Shown piece by piece: positions 44,123 to 44,773 of a stretch of 44,773 nucleotides of DNA. The notes beneath the pieces are model-generated. The model had not been told where the DNA came from, ran no database searches, and saw nothing but the letters and a program-made list of their open reading frames with translations. Position numbers and translations under genes: made by a program. Origin of the DNA: Craspedostauros australis. Lineage: Eukaryota. Numbering within the stretch: position 1 is the first letter of the stretch; the number at the start of each line of letters is the position of its first letter. The DNA is taken from positions 1-44,773 of the forward strand of contig JALAGF010005320.1 of NCBI GenBank assembly GCA_030167865.1, read 5' to 3'.

Positions 44123-44761
44123 TTACTTGGGCACTTGGATCTTGGCGACCTTGCGGGTCTTGACCATGACGGCAACGATGTACATGAGCTTGTACACTGC
44201 ACCGATGGCCAGCAAGATGGCGATGTCCTGTCCGACGGTATCGTCGTTCTTCACCACGGGGAAGACCAGGTTCAGCTCATCCAATGCCTGGTCGGATGTC
44301 AAGTCGCCATCGAAGTTGGTGTCTTGGAAGAGGGTGTACATCGTGCTGCGGACGTAGTATCCGTATGGCATGATGTAGTAGAACAGCTTCAATGGCCAGT
44401 ACAGATCGGACTCTGGGATGAGGTACCCGCCGAACAGGAAGCTGCCGAACCAGAAATTCATGAACTGGAGCATGCCGATGATTGGATCATCAAACGCCAC
44501 GGAGAGGACCTCGGCGACACTCTCGAAGACGAACATGAGCGCGGCGTAGAGGACGATGTGGATGCCGAAGGATTCCCATGGAAGACCTTGAATGAGGTAT
44601 CCTGGAATCAGAAGCGAGGAGATGGCGAAGAGGATGAAGATTGGCAGCACCAGAATGGACTTGGCGAATACGTAGGTACCGGCGGAGACCATTCCATTCT
44701 GCGATTCGCGTTGGATGGACTTGAACTCATCGTTGAGCGCGTACACGGCCACGACTCCCAC
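44123..44761 (-). CDS. ABCG-family transporter, C-terminal ABC-2 transmembrane domain (partial; gene continues beyond the window)
   Basis: RESQNGM...TYVFAKSILVLP (EAA-like motif), multiple TM helices, LFGGYLIP...YWP...FYYIMPYGY. Probable splice acceptor CCACAG near 44761. Confidence 0.85.
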   Translation of the reverse strand: MGVVAVYALNDEFKSIQRESQNGMVSAGTYVFAKSILVLPIFILFAISSLLIPGYLIQGLPWESFGIHIVLYAALMFVFESVAEVLSVAFDDPIIGMLQFMNFWFGSFLFGGYLIPESDLYWPLKLFYYIMPYGYYVRSTMYTLFQDTNFDGDLTSDQALDELNLVFPVVKNDDTVGQDIAILLAIGAVYKLMYIVAVMVKTRKVAKIQVPK

Positions 44762-44773
44762 TGTGGTTGACAG

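Noticed and set aside
1..44773. CRISPR arrays, tRNA or rRNA genes
   Set aside because: No repeat-spacer arrays or cloverleafs seen; rRNA-like words are only the short snoRNA guide complements.

Overview
Eukaryotic nuclear DNA, very probably from a diatom: GT-AG introns, four bipartite plastid-targeting presequences with ASAFAP-like cleavage motifs, a DUF6824 protein and an OMPDC-OPRT fused UMP synthase. In order, the window holds: the ORF1 of a non-LTR retrotransposon (PHD-like finger, one in-frame TGA, running off the left edge across an assembly gap); SEN54; plastid Tab2 (2 exons); NOP58 (2 exons); a 4.5-kb gene-free stretch; a low-complexity hypothetical protein; a ~1890-aa mostly disordered protein with a globular-looking C-terminal domain; a GT77-type glycosyltransferase; a probable solo LTR; a plastid-targeted single-chain ViaA(VWA)-RavA(MoxR AAA+) fusion; a DUF6824 protein; UMP synthase (3 exons) whose second intron hosts two box C/D snoRNA candidates; plastid COG0212/MTHFSD; a plastid 2OG-oxygenase-like probable pseudoenzyme; TMEM53/DUF829; and the 3' end of an ABCG transporter. 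The most notable items are the ViaA-RavA fusion with a transit-peptide-like internal linker, the intronic snoRNA pair with non-canonical boxes, and a C/D-like structured element at the NOP58 splice donor. All family calls are from motif recognition by eye; no database search was run.
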